Shown piece by piece: positions 46,512 to 57,313 of a stretch of DNA of 64,000 bases. The stretch lies in IMG/VR virus record IMGVR_UViG_3300031992_002338, one strand, 5' to 3'. Under the pieces are notes generated by a model. It did no database searches, had not been told where the DNA came from, and saw only the letters and a program-made list of their open reading frames with translations. The DNA is from a virus (lineage: Duplodnaviria > Caudoviricetes). The position numbers and the translations under genes are program-made. The stretch's first letter is position 1; every line of letters starts with the position of its first letter.

Positions 46512-49500
46512 TCAACTTCGTAATTAAATGCTTTCTTATCAAATTGCTTCGTATTTACATTCACTATTGCCTTTCTATGCATGTTGTGGCTAATATCCTC
46601 TAATTGCTGTAATGTAGGGGTATTTAGCTCATCCATAATTTTCATTTCAAACATATTAATGTTCAAAACACCATTGTCATAATTCATGTCTATATATCTA
46701 TCATCAAAAACATAGCAATATTCTTGATTTCTATAATCATATACAGCATATAATGGTATATATGTTTGAGCATATACATATGATAAAGGTATGCCTTTCT
46801 TAAGCTCTTTAATATCATCTTCTACTGATAGTTTTAAAGCATGCTGAGGATACATTTTATTATAAGCTGTACCTCTAGTATTTGTTGTATTTCCATCCCA
46901 ATGCATAGGGACTAAAAATGGTATTTGATTACCAATGCCAGCATGATTAAACTCCACTTTCATATATATTGGTTTCGGGTGAAGATTTTCTTGATATTCC
47001 CTAAAAATATACATGTAGAAGCCCTCTGATGAAGGAGCAGTACCATGTTTGTTACTCACTGTCAATCTAGAACTAACCCTATGTTCATCATTTTCGTAAA
47101 TTTTGACATTGTTAGCATCGGTTTCACTAGAATATGAGATATTATCTGACCTATACCCTAAAAATTCAGTATCAACCCTTATTTTATCTGTTTTGTAAAT
47201 TGACAAGTTCCTTGGGTCTGAAGTGGAACCAAAATCCATTTCATACCTTCTAGAGTTATCTATGTACTTTTTATACAAATAATGCTCATCCATAAATACA
47301 CAAGACATCCCTAATAATGATTGGGTTTGTGGGTCTGTACTATCATAATATGAAAGCCTAGCAAATGATTTTCCAATCTTAGACCTTTGATAAAACACAT
47401 CATCGTTTGTGAAATACAATAAGCCAATTAAATCAGATGTCCTTTGGAGTGTATCGCCACTGTTTTGGAGTATTTTATAATATGGAAAGAAATCAGTCAC
47501 AAACCAATTATCACAATTGCCACTAGTGTCATATAAATAATCACCCTCGTTGACTTTCCAAGAATCTAAATTTCTAGTTCTGAAATGGAAGTTAAAATTA
47601 ATCTCGTATATATTCTTAAATATAGTATTTGACCCGCGATACATTCTATCATCACCATCACCATATGGCACAGTATTTCCATCATCGTCATAATAACCCC
47701 AAATGAATTTAGGTATATATACATCTTTCTCCATATCCACAATAGGGTTTATGGACTTTTTCTTTTCATTTTCAAAGAAATCACGCTTTATTATGTCATC
47801 TTGCAAAATATTTCCCCTAATATCCATATTGAAGGATAATGGGATATTAATGTAGCCATTCTTTATATATAATATTAAATCACTAAACAAATCATAATAA
47901 TCATCACTAGATTCTGGAATATTATTCCTTATAAATGCCAAATCCTTTTCTATTTCTTTTTCACCAAATATCTTGTTCTTTATATTCAATGAATAATTTC
48001 TTTGATTGTTAACAACGTCATTACAAATAGAATTACAAATTATTCTGTTAAATTCATTAATGAATTCAGATTCATTAATATCTGGATAACACACATAAGT
48101 TGAATTCCCTATCTTTTTTGAAATTATAAAAGTATAAGTTTTTGGAAGTTTTAAACTAGCATATTCATATTTAATGTTATCATCATTTTCTTCATATATT
48201 ATATATTTCTCCCCATTAATTGTTATTCCGCTGTAAGGCTTTATATCATATTGGGCTGTAATGGCTGAATTGCTATTTCCGCTTATAATCATGCCATACC
48301 TCTGTAAAGTACCACCAGAATATTTTCCACCATTAATACTTTGTATGGACATTGGGACTTTTTCCAAGCCAATTGTAACAAAACAATCAGAATTTTCAAC
48401 TTTTCCGCTGATTCCGTATTCAATGTCATATTCGTTATCATTTATCATAACTTTGTCCATCAAGTTTTTTTCTACTAGGTACTTCTTTGAATTATATAGC
48501 ACATAAACATCATCTTCTATATCAGACCCGTAGTCACTTGAATAATATACAATGAAATTATTCGTATCAACATCGCAATCTTTAAATAATATCTTCTCTC
48601 CTTCAGTCAAGGGCGAATGTGTGTTACTCATGTAGAGTATTATTTCATTTCCATCATTTGAATTCATTACTTCGTACTCAACATCAAAATATGCCTTCTC
48701 CTCTTTCTCAATGTATATGAATGATGAAACATTTTTTAAGTCATTTAAGTTATAGACAAAATGTTTATTTACGTTGTCGGAATTCATCAAAAACTCATCT
48801 GTACAAAATTCTTCATATGGAATATAACCTCCGTTATCCGAATAATCCATCAAGAAATAAAGTGGGAACTCAACGGTCTCTAGATTGGCAAGTACTGTTG
48901 TGGCACTTAATACATATAATGGTATTTCACACACAAATGAAAAACTATCACCATCATATTTTTGTTTTACTTGACAATAATGATTCTTATACTTGACATA
49001 ATAAAAATAACTAGCAAATGTAATATTATCAAATTCCTCCTTTTCGTATTGGTTTTTCTTACTAAGCCTAAACTTCGTGACCTCTTTATACATGGTAGAA
49101 GATGAATATGGGTAGAACTCTATATCATCACATCTAGTTACGGCAGATGGCTCTAAAGCAGCACCATACTCTCCATACTTAAGTATTCCATTATCACCCT
49201 CGTTTTTATCATAGAAATATTTGTCACCGTCTATCTCAACTGAATCATCTTCAATCCAATATACGGTATCGATTTTTAATACTTCATCATTTTTGCTAGC
49301 TTCAAATTTTAATTTCTCTACAACTTCCCCTTTTTCTTCATCGTAATTCAATAGATTATTAAATGTGTAGCCAGATTTATCTTCATCGATGAATTTACAC
49401 CAATAAAAATATTTGTCCTTATTCATTACATATCTATAATCTATTGTCTCTCCACTTTTTTCAACAGAATAATCATAAAACTTATCAGAGAATGTATCAT

Positions 49501-49741
49501 ACTCCTTTCCCTTAACAATAATATAACCTTGTCTAATTACATTGTTACATTCTAATTCAAGCGAAATATCACTATTTATAATGGAATTTGTTGCTGGTAA
49601 ACGAGAAAACTTTTCAATATGATAATCAGAATCTGTCACACCAGTAATATATGATAGGTCTGGAGAAAGGTATTTCTCTTTCCATTCCATCACCTCTCTC
49701 CTTATATCATCACTTCCCAATTTTATCTCGTATCTTAACAT
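46508..49741 (-). CDS. Large putative structural protein
   Basis: 1077 aa, overlapping its neighbours. Confidence 0.55.
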   Translation of the reverse strand: MLRYEIKLGSDDIRREVMEWKEKYLSPDLSYITGVTDSDYHIEKFSRLPATNSIINSDISLELECNNVIRQGYIIVKGKEYDTFSDKFYDYSVEKSGETIDYRYVMNKDKYFYWCKFIDEDKSGYTFNNLLNYDEEKGEVVEKLKFEASKNDEVLKIDTVYWIEDDSVEIDGDKYFYDKNEGDNGILKYGEYGAALEPSAVTRCDDIEFYPYSSSTMYKEVTKFRLSKKNQYEKEEFDNITFASYFYYVKYKNHYCQVKQKYDGDSFSFVCEIPLYVLSATTVLANLETVEFPLYFLMDYSDNGGYIPYEEFCTDEFLMNSDNVNKHFVYNLNDLKNVSSFIYIEKEEKAYFDVEYEVMNSNDGNEIILYMSNTHSPLTEGEKILFKDCDVDTNNFIVYYSSDYGSDIEDDVYVLYNSKKYLVEKNLMDKVMINDNEYDIEYGISGKVENSDCFVTIGLEKVPMSIQSINGGKYSGGTLQRYGMIISGNSNSAITAQYDIKPYSGITINGEKYIIYEENDDNIKYEYASLKLPKTYTFIISKKIGNSTYVCYPDINESEFINEFNRIICNSICNDVVNNQRNYSLNIKNKIFGEKEIEKDLAFIRNNIPESSDDYYDLFSDLILYIKNGYINIPLSFNMDIRGNILQDDIIKRDFFENEKKKSINPIVDMEKDVYIPKFIWGYYDDDGNTVPYGDGDDRMYRGSNTIFKNIYEINFNFHFRTRNLDSWKVNEGDYLYDTSGNCDNWFVTDFFPYYKILQNSGDTLQRTSDLIGLLYFTNDDVFYQRSKIGKSFARLSYYDSTDPQTQSLLGMSCVFMDEHYLYKKYIDNSRRYEMDFGSTSDPRNLSIYKTDKIRVDTEFLGYRSDNISYSSETDANNVKIYENDEHRVSSRLTVSNKHGTAPSSEGFYMYIFREYQENLHPKPIYMKVEFNHAGIGNQIPFLVPMHWDGNTTNTRGTAYNKMYPQHALKLSVEDDIKELKKGIPLSYVYAQTYIPLYAVYDYRNQEYCYVFDDRYIDMNYDNGVLNINMFEMKIMDELNTPTLQQLEDISHNMHRKAIVNVNTKQFDKKAFNYEVE

Positions 49742-52700
49742 TCTATCTCTGGCTCTTTAAAGTAATTATCTTCTTCAATGATATTTTGCTCATTTCCTAT
49801 CCTATCAAAATCACTATATAACCCGTACATTCTATGCGGGTCTTGTCTTCTTACATACAAATTAATACTTCTGTTAATGTAAAAAGCATTATTTGTAAAC
49901 GTGTATTCCTCTATTTCCTTTTTATCAGTGCCTATTCCATTTTTAAAAATGTTTCTCCAAATAAACCTACAAGTTCCATCTCGTAGAAGCTTTGCATAAG
50001 AAGGTATATTCAGATTATCAATTTTAAACAATTTATATCTGTTTATGCCACTATTATTAGAGAATATGACACCACGAGAATCATTAACCAATCTCAACTT
50101 GGCTTTATTGGTCTCTTTATTGGTGTCATATTCATATAAATCACACGTAAAGACCTTGTAGGAATCATTTTCGCCACTGACTGTTGCACACATTAAATAT
50201 AAATCATCTACTTCATCATATATTATTGCCTTGTCTCCAACACTTAAAAAATGATTCTCCAAACAAGTAATAACATATCTATTGTCACCAACACTTCTTA
50301 TCTGCCTAATAGTAAGAAAATCTGGAAATAAATAATTTATCTTACCATAATAATGTATCGGTATCTCATAGTGAGGCTGATAATAATAACCTTCATTTAA
50401 TACGTTGCAAGCTTCACTAGAATATGTCCTAATCTCATAGTTGTTATCAAGGTCATAATCATCCATCCATATTTCATCATAGTTATAATTGGAAAAGAAC
50501 ATATCAGCAGCCGAACCAAAACACTCCCTTTGTGCTGTGTTGAATCTGTGCATTATCTGCTGAATTGGTCTCTCTATAGAATTATAATTGTCATAATAAC
50601 ATAAATCACCATAAAAATTTTCATCTATATCATACCAAATTTCATTGTCGTTTATGATTATCTCAGTTTCATCAGTTTCATTGGATGAATTATATTTCCT
50701 TCTTCCATTGTCATCACTAGAAGTGAACTTCTTATCAACTAATATGTCCTCATATTTGTTAATCGCTAACATACTATATCCATGACCAGAAGATGTGTTT
50801 GGATGTAACAAATTAGTAATAGTCTTTATGTTGTTTATATAACCATTTGCAGCTGAATTATCACTACATTCGATTCCGCAAGTAATCGCACCAAAACAGT
50901 GCGAAAACTCTATATTCTCATATTCCGTTCTGATTGACCTACCATTATTCCATATTTTACGACCATCACCCATACCATACCATTCTTTATAGCCTTTGTT
51001 GTTTTTGATGAATGTTAAATATAAACTAGTTAATGGTCTGCCCAAATTATCCACTATGTTGGATAAATCAATATCATCCAAGAAAACAATTTGGCCCAAT
51101 AAATCACCATATATATTTTGGGCATATGACAACTTAGTTGGGGAACTTTGGAAATCATATTGTATGTCCCTATACCTCTTAATCGTTGCTTGGTCATTCT
51201 TGTATAATTCAAAACTGTTGGATGTATCAGCACTGCTGAACTTGAAATTAGGGAGCTTTGAAAATATCCTCACATAATAATCACACTCCATGTCATTTAC
51301 AACCTTCTTGAAAGATATGTTCTGAGCATTATTGTCTATGTTCACATAGCTCTCATTCACAACATAATATCTCATAGCACTACCAGGTTTCGTACAAACC
51401 CATTGATGCTTGATTGTTTTATCTAAAACCATACCCAAACTAGCTATATCAGATAATGCTACCCACTGTCTACTTATCTGAACGTCAGAATTAAATACAA
51501 CAAAAGTATAATCATCCACAACCTCACTAACCTCAGTGTTGTCAATAATCTTCGTTGTGTATAACTCATTTTCGTGAGTATATTTATAAGGTCCTTCTAC
51601 CTCTAAAATGTTCTTTTCAAGATATTCAGCGTTGTACTGGTCACAAAGCATTTTAATGAAATCCTCATTGTCAGATTTTTGGGACACCCTCTCATTTTTA
51701 TTGTCTTCCCTAGTATCTATCACCCAAAACACCGTTGTCTCATAAGACTTGTATATGTTCACATAATCACCAACAGAAAGACCATGTTTTGCAATACTGT
51801 GTATAACAAGCTGTGTCATTCCATTGTCATGTCTAGTGTTTTCATCGAAATACAAAGCCCTAAGAGCATTGACACCATAGTTTCGCTCTATTATATCATC
51901 AAACCCCTCAGTTGTACTAGAGCTTGGATATGTTATGCAATAGTTCCAATTCTTCTCAACCCTATGCTGATGCTGATTATATAACGGGACAAACGAATAT
52001 AATTTATTGTCTGGATATAATTCAATAAAATCACCGCCATTGGCATACATTATTGGTTTATCTATCTTAAGGAAATCATTGGTTTGAAAGTTTCTATAAG
52101 TTTTTATCTTGCTGTTATTCTTAAAACCAAACCATCCATCAAACCTATCCAAAAGCTTTGTCCTTCTAGCATTCAAAAAGGTATCAACATCGTCATACTC
52201 ATACAAATGAAGGGATAGAAGCTTTGTATTATTTCTAACTCCAGCATCTTGAGGGAAATATATCCTCTCAACTATATTATTTCCTCTTACATCCCTAAAC
52301 AAATCGCCAATGGTATTAAATGCTGCATATGCATCAGTTCCATTTAATTTATTAACCCACTTGAAGACATTGGAACGTATTAAATGATTATTTAAGATGT
52401 CTAATCCACAATGATATACAAAACCACAATTGGATAATTGAGTATCCCTAATTGCATTCGTGCAATGATAAGTAGATTTCATGTCACCAGAATGAGAACC
52501 ATTAGTTAGGTATTCATAATTATTCTGTCCATCAAATAATCTATACTCTATGGTATTCACATCCCAAGATGCCCTAGATTGATAATCCCAATTATTTCCA
52601 GCCCAAAAATCAACATTTCTAGCTTTAAAAACAACGTCATTAAAATCATTGTCGTTAGCAATCCCATAGTTTATCAAGCTAACTTCAGGACTCCCTTCAT

Positions 52701-52947
52701 TTCTAACAATTTCAGAAATCTTATTGGATAATACATTCGATGCCACGACATTAACCTGACAAGTAAGTCTGATTATATTACAATTACCCCTCTCTTCCAT
52801 GTATTGGTCATACTGGCTTATTATAGCATCACCAAATTCATTCGAAGACAAAAGTCTCCTCTTGCCTTTGAGTCTAACATCAAGACCTTCGCTTGTATTG
52901 GTAGCTTTTTTATAGTCAAACCCGTTTAAAAATATTTCTGTATTCAT
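49735..52947 (-). CDS. Large putative structural protein
   Basis: 1070 aa, with HGLSVGD/HFLSVGD beta repeats seen in phage structural proteins. Confidence 0.55.
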   Translation of the reverse strand: MNTEIFLNGFDYKKATNTSEGLDVRLKGKRRLLSSNEFGDAIISQYDQYMEERGNCNIIRLTCQVNVVASNVLSNKISEIVRNEGSPEVSLINYGIANDNDFNDVVFKARNVDFWAGNNWDYQSRASWDVNTIEYRLFDGQNNYEYLTNGSHSGDMKSTYHCTNAIRDTQLSNCGFVYHCGLDILNNHLIRSNVFKWVNKLNGTDAYAAFNTIGDLFRDVRGNNIVERIYFPQDAGVRNNTKLLSLHLYEYDDVDTFLNARRTKLLDRFDGWFGFKNNSKIKTYRNFQTNDFLKIDKPIMYANGGDFIELYPDNKLYSFVPLYNQHQHRVEKNWNYCITYPSSSTTEGFDDIIERNYGVNALRALYFDENTRHDNGMTQLVIHSIAKHGLSVGDYVNIYKSYETTVFWVIDTREDNKNERVSQKSDNEDFIKMLCDQYNAEYLEKNILEVEGPYKYTHENELYTTKIIDNTEVSEVVDDYTFVVFNSDVQISRQWVALSDIASLGMVLDKTIKHQWVCTKPGSAMRYYVVNESYVNIDNNAQNISFKKVVNDMECDYYVRIFSKLPNFKFSSADTSNSFELYKNDQATIKRYRDIQYDFQSSPTKLSYAQNIYGDLLGQIVFLDDIDLSNIVDNLGRPLTSLYLTFIKNNKGYKEWYGMGDGRKIWNNGRSIRTEYENIEFSHCFGAITCGIECSDNSAANGYINNIKTITNLLHPNTSSGHGYSMLAINKYEDILVDKKFTSSDDNGRRKYNSSNETDETEIIINDNEIWYDIDENFYGDLCYYDNYNSIERPIQQIMHRFNTAQRECFGSAADMFFSNYNYDEIWMDDYDLDNNYEIRTYSSEACNVLNEGYYYQPHYEIPIHYYGKINYLFPDFLTIRQIRSVGDNRYVITCLENHFLSVGDKAIIYDEVDDLYLMCATVSGENDSYKVFTCDLYEYDTNKETNKAKLRLVNDSRGVIFSNNSGINRYKLFKIDNLNIPSYAKLLRDGTCRFIWRNIFKNGIGTDKKEIEEYTFTNNAFYINRSINLYVRRQDPHRMYGLYSDFDRIGNEQNIIEEDNYFKEPEIEC

Positions 52948-55900
52948 TTAGATGTTTATGTCATAAGTTATAATTTCAGATGCAGAATTCTCATAAATAA
53001 GATTGTCATAATTTGCAGCACCATCAGCCTCAGTCAATGTAAGTATATATGTGTAATTCGGATTGCCTAATTCACTTTCACCACTTGGCCACTTTCTAAC
53101 ACATGGCGGGATACCACGATTTGGTTTCCATTTCATCATACATGTTGAATCCCATCGATTACAATTACTTGGCTCTTGGCTATTGGTATGAGAGTAATAT
53201 GGTTCAGAACCTTCGTCCCACGGAAGGTCTCCTTTACAACAATATGGGCACTCTATAGGATTCCCTTCTTTGGTTACACAACCTAATTGGGTTAATACCC
53301 AGATATTTTGAGCTAAATCATTATGCAAACGCAACCAATTGTCATAAGTGTCTGTATTTGGGTTATAATGCCCTACTAATACCTCATCTAACACACAATC
53401 ATAACCGCCTATTGATATTTCAGTAACAACTATACTCAAATCATTACGACATATATGAGACCTAAACCCTATCTTTTGAGTTGATACCTCTACCTTTTGA
53501 GTAATATAATTACCATTGGCATCAATAACCCTCAAAGTATACTCACTGTTATCTATGACGCTGTAAATAGTAACCTCATTGCTATTAATTTTAACTCTGT
53601 CTGGATAATCATTAGCCATTTGCCTTATATATCCAGGTATTTCTTCGTGTTTGTTCTCAAAATCATATGTAATTGTATATGATGTATATGTCTTAACATC
53701 TCTATATTCAAGACAATTGGACATATCACGCCCAATTACAATTTCGTCACTCATGCAATCCTCATCCTTCAATATTAGCTCATTCTTCGTGTTAAGCAGT
53801 TCAAATGAATATGGTTTATTAATTGAGTCAATTGTTACATGAATAAATGCATTACGCATACACAAATCCCTATATGTATTGGGACAATAAGGAACTCCTT
53901 GCGTATTCACATTCAAAGTGAATGTATCAACATCCTTAGTACTACACTCAGAATAGAAGCCTTCATTGAATTTGTCAATTGCAGTCTTACCTGGAGTTAA
54001 ACCAAAATAGAAGTAGAATGAATTGTTGTAATATGGCATTCTAAAACGTTCATTAACATCTGGTACACCTGGCGTATAATAGAAGTGTCTCACCTTCTGT
54101 TCATAATTTTGCGCAGCATTTTGATTTATTTCAGCACCTAACCTATAGGTAATATAATGTCCATCTGTCTCATCCCATGTGGCTTGGTCATATTCCAAAT
54201 CAGCATTTCTAGCATATGCTTGCATTGATAAATCTAATCTACCATCAAAATCAACTAGATACATGGGCTTATACTTTGGTATCAGATACCCAGTTAATCT
54301 GTCTTCTACTTGAGTATCCCCCAAATTTACGTCATAACGTCTGTTTATATCATTTATAGCTTCTTGTGGTATAAATCCAATATGATTCATCGTAGCAAAC
54401 ATAGAACGATTATACGTGTCATCAAGCTCATATTTATTTATAAACCCATCAGCTTCAATCCAATCCATATTGTGACCATATAGATTATTCGCTCTAAACA
54501 TATTAGGATACTGCCCATTATTATTTCTATGCGAATAGGCCATCCTATGCGCTGTATCTAAACTCGTATCTAATTCGCTAAGCCTTTCAACATTGAAACA
54601 AGATTTTAATCTCGTATGAATGTACATACAAGCCAAGTCCATAAACAATCCACTTTTAAATCTTGGTATTTTGTTTCCTCCATCATGACCCCAATCCATG
54701 CCAGTTGTAAAGATTGTTCCATCTTCAGAATCTGTTTCATTTCCTTCATCATTATCGCCATCTTCTTCGCCATAATTATTCATTCCTAATGACCCTACTG
54801 GAGGCACATTTGCTGTTGTCTGTGGCAATGCAGTGAAAAACTGAGGGAGACCCCATAAATTCTCTCTATTTAAATTACCTAATAATATTATATCTGTTGC
54901 GTATAGTATTTGGGCAAAAAAACCCATATTGCTATCTCTGACTAACAAATCTGTATTTGTATTCCATTGGTTTGGTTGAATTGCCGAATAATAATATACA
55001 TTCAACCCATCCATGTTCTCTACTTGTTTTATCAACCCATGACGGAAATATGTTTTTCTCGACCTAATTCTGCTTCGATGCCACCTTTCTTCGTTTAAGA
55101 CATTATTGTCTGCCCAATCGTCTGTATCACCTCCAACTCCTAAATTATTATTAGCATATCTATAATTGCAAGAAAAATATGTTTTGAGCCGTGTATATGG
55201 TTTGTTATTGTCACAATCACAAAAATCGTTCTTAGCTTTAATTTTTATGAGACCGAATAAAAAACTTCTTTTTTTACGTTTTCTCCAATACCATAAAGGC
55301 ATATACAAAGCTCCGTTTAGCCAATCTTCATAGAAATCTAATGATATAACTTTAAACGTCTCGGCTAAATCTCTCTGTATTATATCAAGTGATTGTTCAT
55401 AAGCTTCATCACCAATAATAACATCATCTCCATCTGGTCTAACATCATCACAATCTGGGCTTATATGCGTACCAAATACGTCTTCGCAACAACAAGGAGC
55501 AAAATATCTGCCATCCAATTCAAAACTAACACAGTTTGGGCATACATCCCCAAAATCAAAAATAAAAAATGTTAAAGAATCAACAATGGCATTTAATATA
55601 ATACATAGCATGCCAATAACATCTCTATTAAGTCTACATATAATATCAAGTAGAATTGTAAATATCAGACATATTATCATATATGGCATGGTAACATCGA
55701 ATCTGAACTTATTGAATGGTATTGCATTTTTATCTCCAGCATAATTAGCACCTTTTAACGCAGAATATTTTGGTGATACTGGTCTTCTAGCGGTTTGGAC
55801 TTTTGGTATATGGTTTTTCACACTATAGACATTATTCCAATACAAATCCCTAAAGCAATGATTTGGTGTTCTTGAACCAAACTGATACATATCTTCAACT

Positions 55901-57078
55901 TCTGGACCAGCTAGAAGACTGTTAACTGTTTGAATGTTTGGATTTAATATTGGATTCATAGGGACAAGGTATTTTGCTGTATGTCTTGAAAATCCCTCAT
56001 CTCCAGTTTCTTCTTTACTTATTCTGAATCTTACTTGTGCCCTAGTTGCAATTCCTCTATTTGGGTTATCTATTGGAACGATATTTCCAAATTCATCAGT
56101 ACCTATATAATCTAGATTCATTGGTATTTGGTAGCACCACACTCCATCATTATCGATAAGATAGTTTGATTTAATTGGGAATTCTTCTATAAGGCCGTCA
56201 GTAGTTCTCCTAATCATTTCAATAGTGCCATTGCTTGCAACCAACTGGTCATTCATACCATTATTTCTATTAACAGCGCAATTATTGTCGATTGAGTTTT
56301 CTCCATTATCTGATACTATTGCACCCATAAAAATACAAGTTGTCTCGAACTGATATTCTATTTGAATATCAGAACGAGTTATGCAAGCTATTCCATTATT
56401 GGAATCTCCCCAGAATGGGTAGACATATACGCTTCTGTTTTGTGTTATTATTTGTTTTAGATAATCAAGATTGGTACTTTCCTTGAATTGTGTTGTACTG
56501 TCGAAGTCTGAGAGGTTATATCCCTTATACAGAAAATCATATGGTTTTTGCGACAATATCCCTATATCTGACAAGTCGATATCTACATGTACGGTTGTGC
56601 TACCAGTAGGTACACCGAATAGCATATAGTCGCCTGCATTATTTGTTACAGTTGTATATTTCCAATACTTGTCATATATTTCTAGTTGTATATTTTCATC
56701 CAAAAGCAGTCTTTTATTAGGGAATGTTCCAACGACTCTATAACACGTATCATCACTATAATCTGGCAATATGTTATATCTTCTAGCGTTCTTGTCTTTG
56801 GCGGTAACATCTGTATAAGGGTAAATGTTTTCGATTTCTCTAGAATCATTTGTATCTCTCTCGATAAAGACTGAAATTTTGGCATTTGGGATACCAAATG
56901 CATCATTAGCCAAAACTCTTCCAATTATTACACCGTAATTGGAAGAGTGAAATCTATATGTATCTTTTTTCGCCAATTTAAGCGATAATATCTCCAAAAA
57001 ATCGAAATCTTGTTGTAGATTTACATTTAGGAGGGTATCACTTATTACATTGGTGTTAATTCTATAGCCTTTATTCAT
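52948..57078 (-). CDS. Large putative structural protein with an N-terminal beta-sandwich and an internal hydrophobic Cys-rich segment
   Basis: GRVLANDAFGIPNAKISVF...TN.AGDY...GVP.G, and a central YMIICLIFTILLDII segment. Confidence 0.6.
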   Translation of the reverse strand: MNKGYRINTNVISDTLLNVNLQQDFDFLEILSLKLAKKDTYRFHSSNYGVIIGRVLANDAFGIPNAKISVFIERDTNDSREIENIYPYTDVTAKDKNARRYNILPDYSDDTCYRVVGTFPNKRLLLDENIQLEIYDKYWKYTTVTNNAGDYMLFGVPTGSTTVHVDIDLSDIGILSQKPYDFLYKGYNLSDFDSTTQFKESTNLDYLKQIITQNRSVYVYPFWGDSNNGIACITRSDIQIEYQFETTCIFMGAIVSDNGENSIDNNCAVNRNNGMNDQLVASNGTIEMIRRTTDGLIEEFPIKSNYLIDNDGVWCYQIPMNLDYIGTDEFGNIVPIDNPNRGIATRAQVRFRISKEETGDEGFSRHTAKYLVPMNPILNPNIQTVNSLLAGPEVEDMYQFGSRTPNHCFRDLYWNNVYSVKNHIPKVQTARRPVSPKYSALKGANYAGDKNAIPFNKFRFDVTMPYMIICLIFTILLDIICRLNRDVIGMLCIILNAIVDSLTFFIFDFGDVCPNCVSFELDGRYFAPCCCEDVFGTHISPDCDDVRPDGDDVIIGDEAYEQSLDIIQRDLAETFKVISLDFYEDWLNGALYMPLWYWRKRKKRSFLFGLIKIKAKNDFCDCDNNKPYTRLKTYFSCNYRYANNNLGVGGDTDDWADNNVLNEERWHRSRIRSRKTYFRHGLIKQVENMDGLNVYYYSAIQPNQWNTNTDLLVRDSNMGFFAQILYATDIILLGNLNRENLWGLPQFFTALPQTTANVPPVGSLGMNNYGEEDGDNDEGNETDSEDGTIFTTGMDWGHDGGNKIPRFKSGLFMDLACMYIHTRLKSCFNVERLSELDTSLDTAHRMAYSHRNNNGQYPNMFRANNLYGHNMDWIEADGFINKYELDDTYNRSMFATMNHIGFIPQEAINDINRRYDVNLGDTQVEDRLTGYLIPKYKPMYLVDFDGRLDLSMQAYARNADLEYDQATWDETDGHYITYRLGAEINQNAAQNYEQKVRHFYYTPGVPDVNERFRMPYYNNSFYFYFGLTPGKTAIDKFNEGFYSECSTKDVDTFTLNVNTQGVPYCPNTYRDLCMRNAFIHVTIDSINKPYSFELLNTKNELILKDEDCMSDEIVIGRDMSNCLEYRDVKTYTSYTITYDFENKHEEIPGYIRQMANDYPDRVKINSNEVTIYSVIDNSEYTLRVIDANGNYITQKVEVSTQKIGFRSHICRNDLSIVVTEISIGGYDCVLDEVLVGHYNPNTDTYDNWLRLHNDLAQNIWVLTQLGCVTKEGNPIECPYCCKGDLPWDEGSEPYYSHTNSQEPSNCNRWDSTCMMKWKPNRGIPPCVRKWPSGESELGNPNYTYILTLTEADGAANYDNLIYENSASEIITYDINI

Positions 57079-57296
57079 TATTCAAAATATTTCAATAATT
57101 TTTTAGGTACTACTATAGTGCTATCTCTTACGAAAACCTTATATATCAGATATAGTGTGGCTATTGGCATTATGAGCAATATTGCCAATATAGCGATAGG
57201 AGTTGTTATTATCCTAGATATTAGTTTTTGTTTTTTTAGACCTATTTTGCCTTCTTTTTCTGCTTTATCTAACATTCTTTTACAAGCGCATCCCAT
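57078..57296 (-). CDS. Small membrane protein (MGCAC...)
   Basis: N-terminal CxC and one long TM segment. Confidence 0.6.
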   Translation of the reverse strand: MGCACKRMLDKAEKEGKIGLKKQKLISRIITTPIAILAILLIMPIATLYLIYKVFVRDSTIVVPKKLLKYFE

Positions 57297-57313
57297 AACA
57301 ATATAATTTATTT

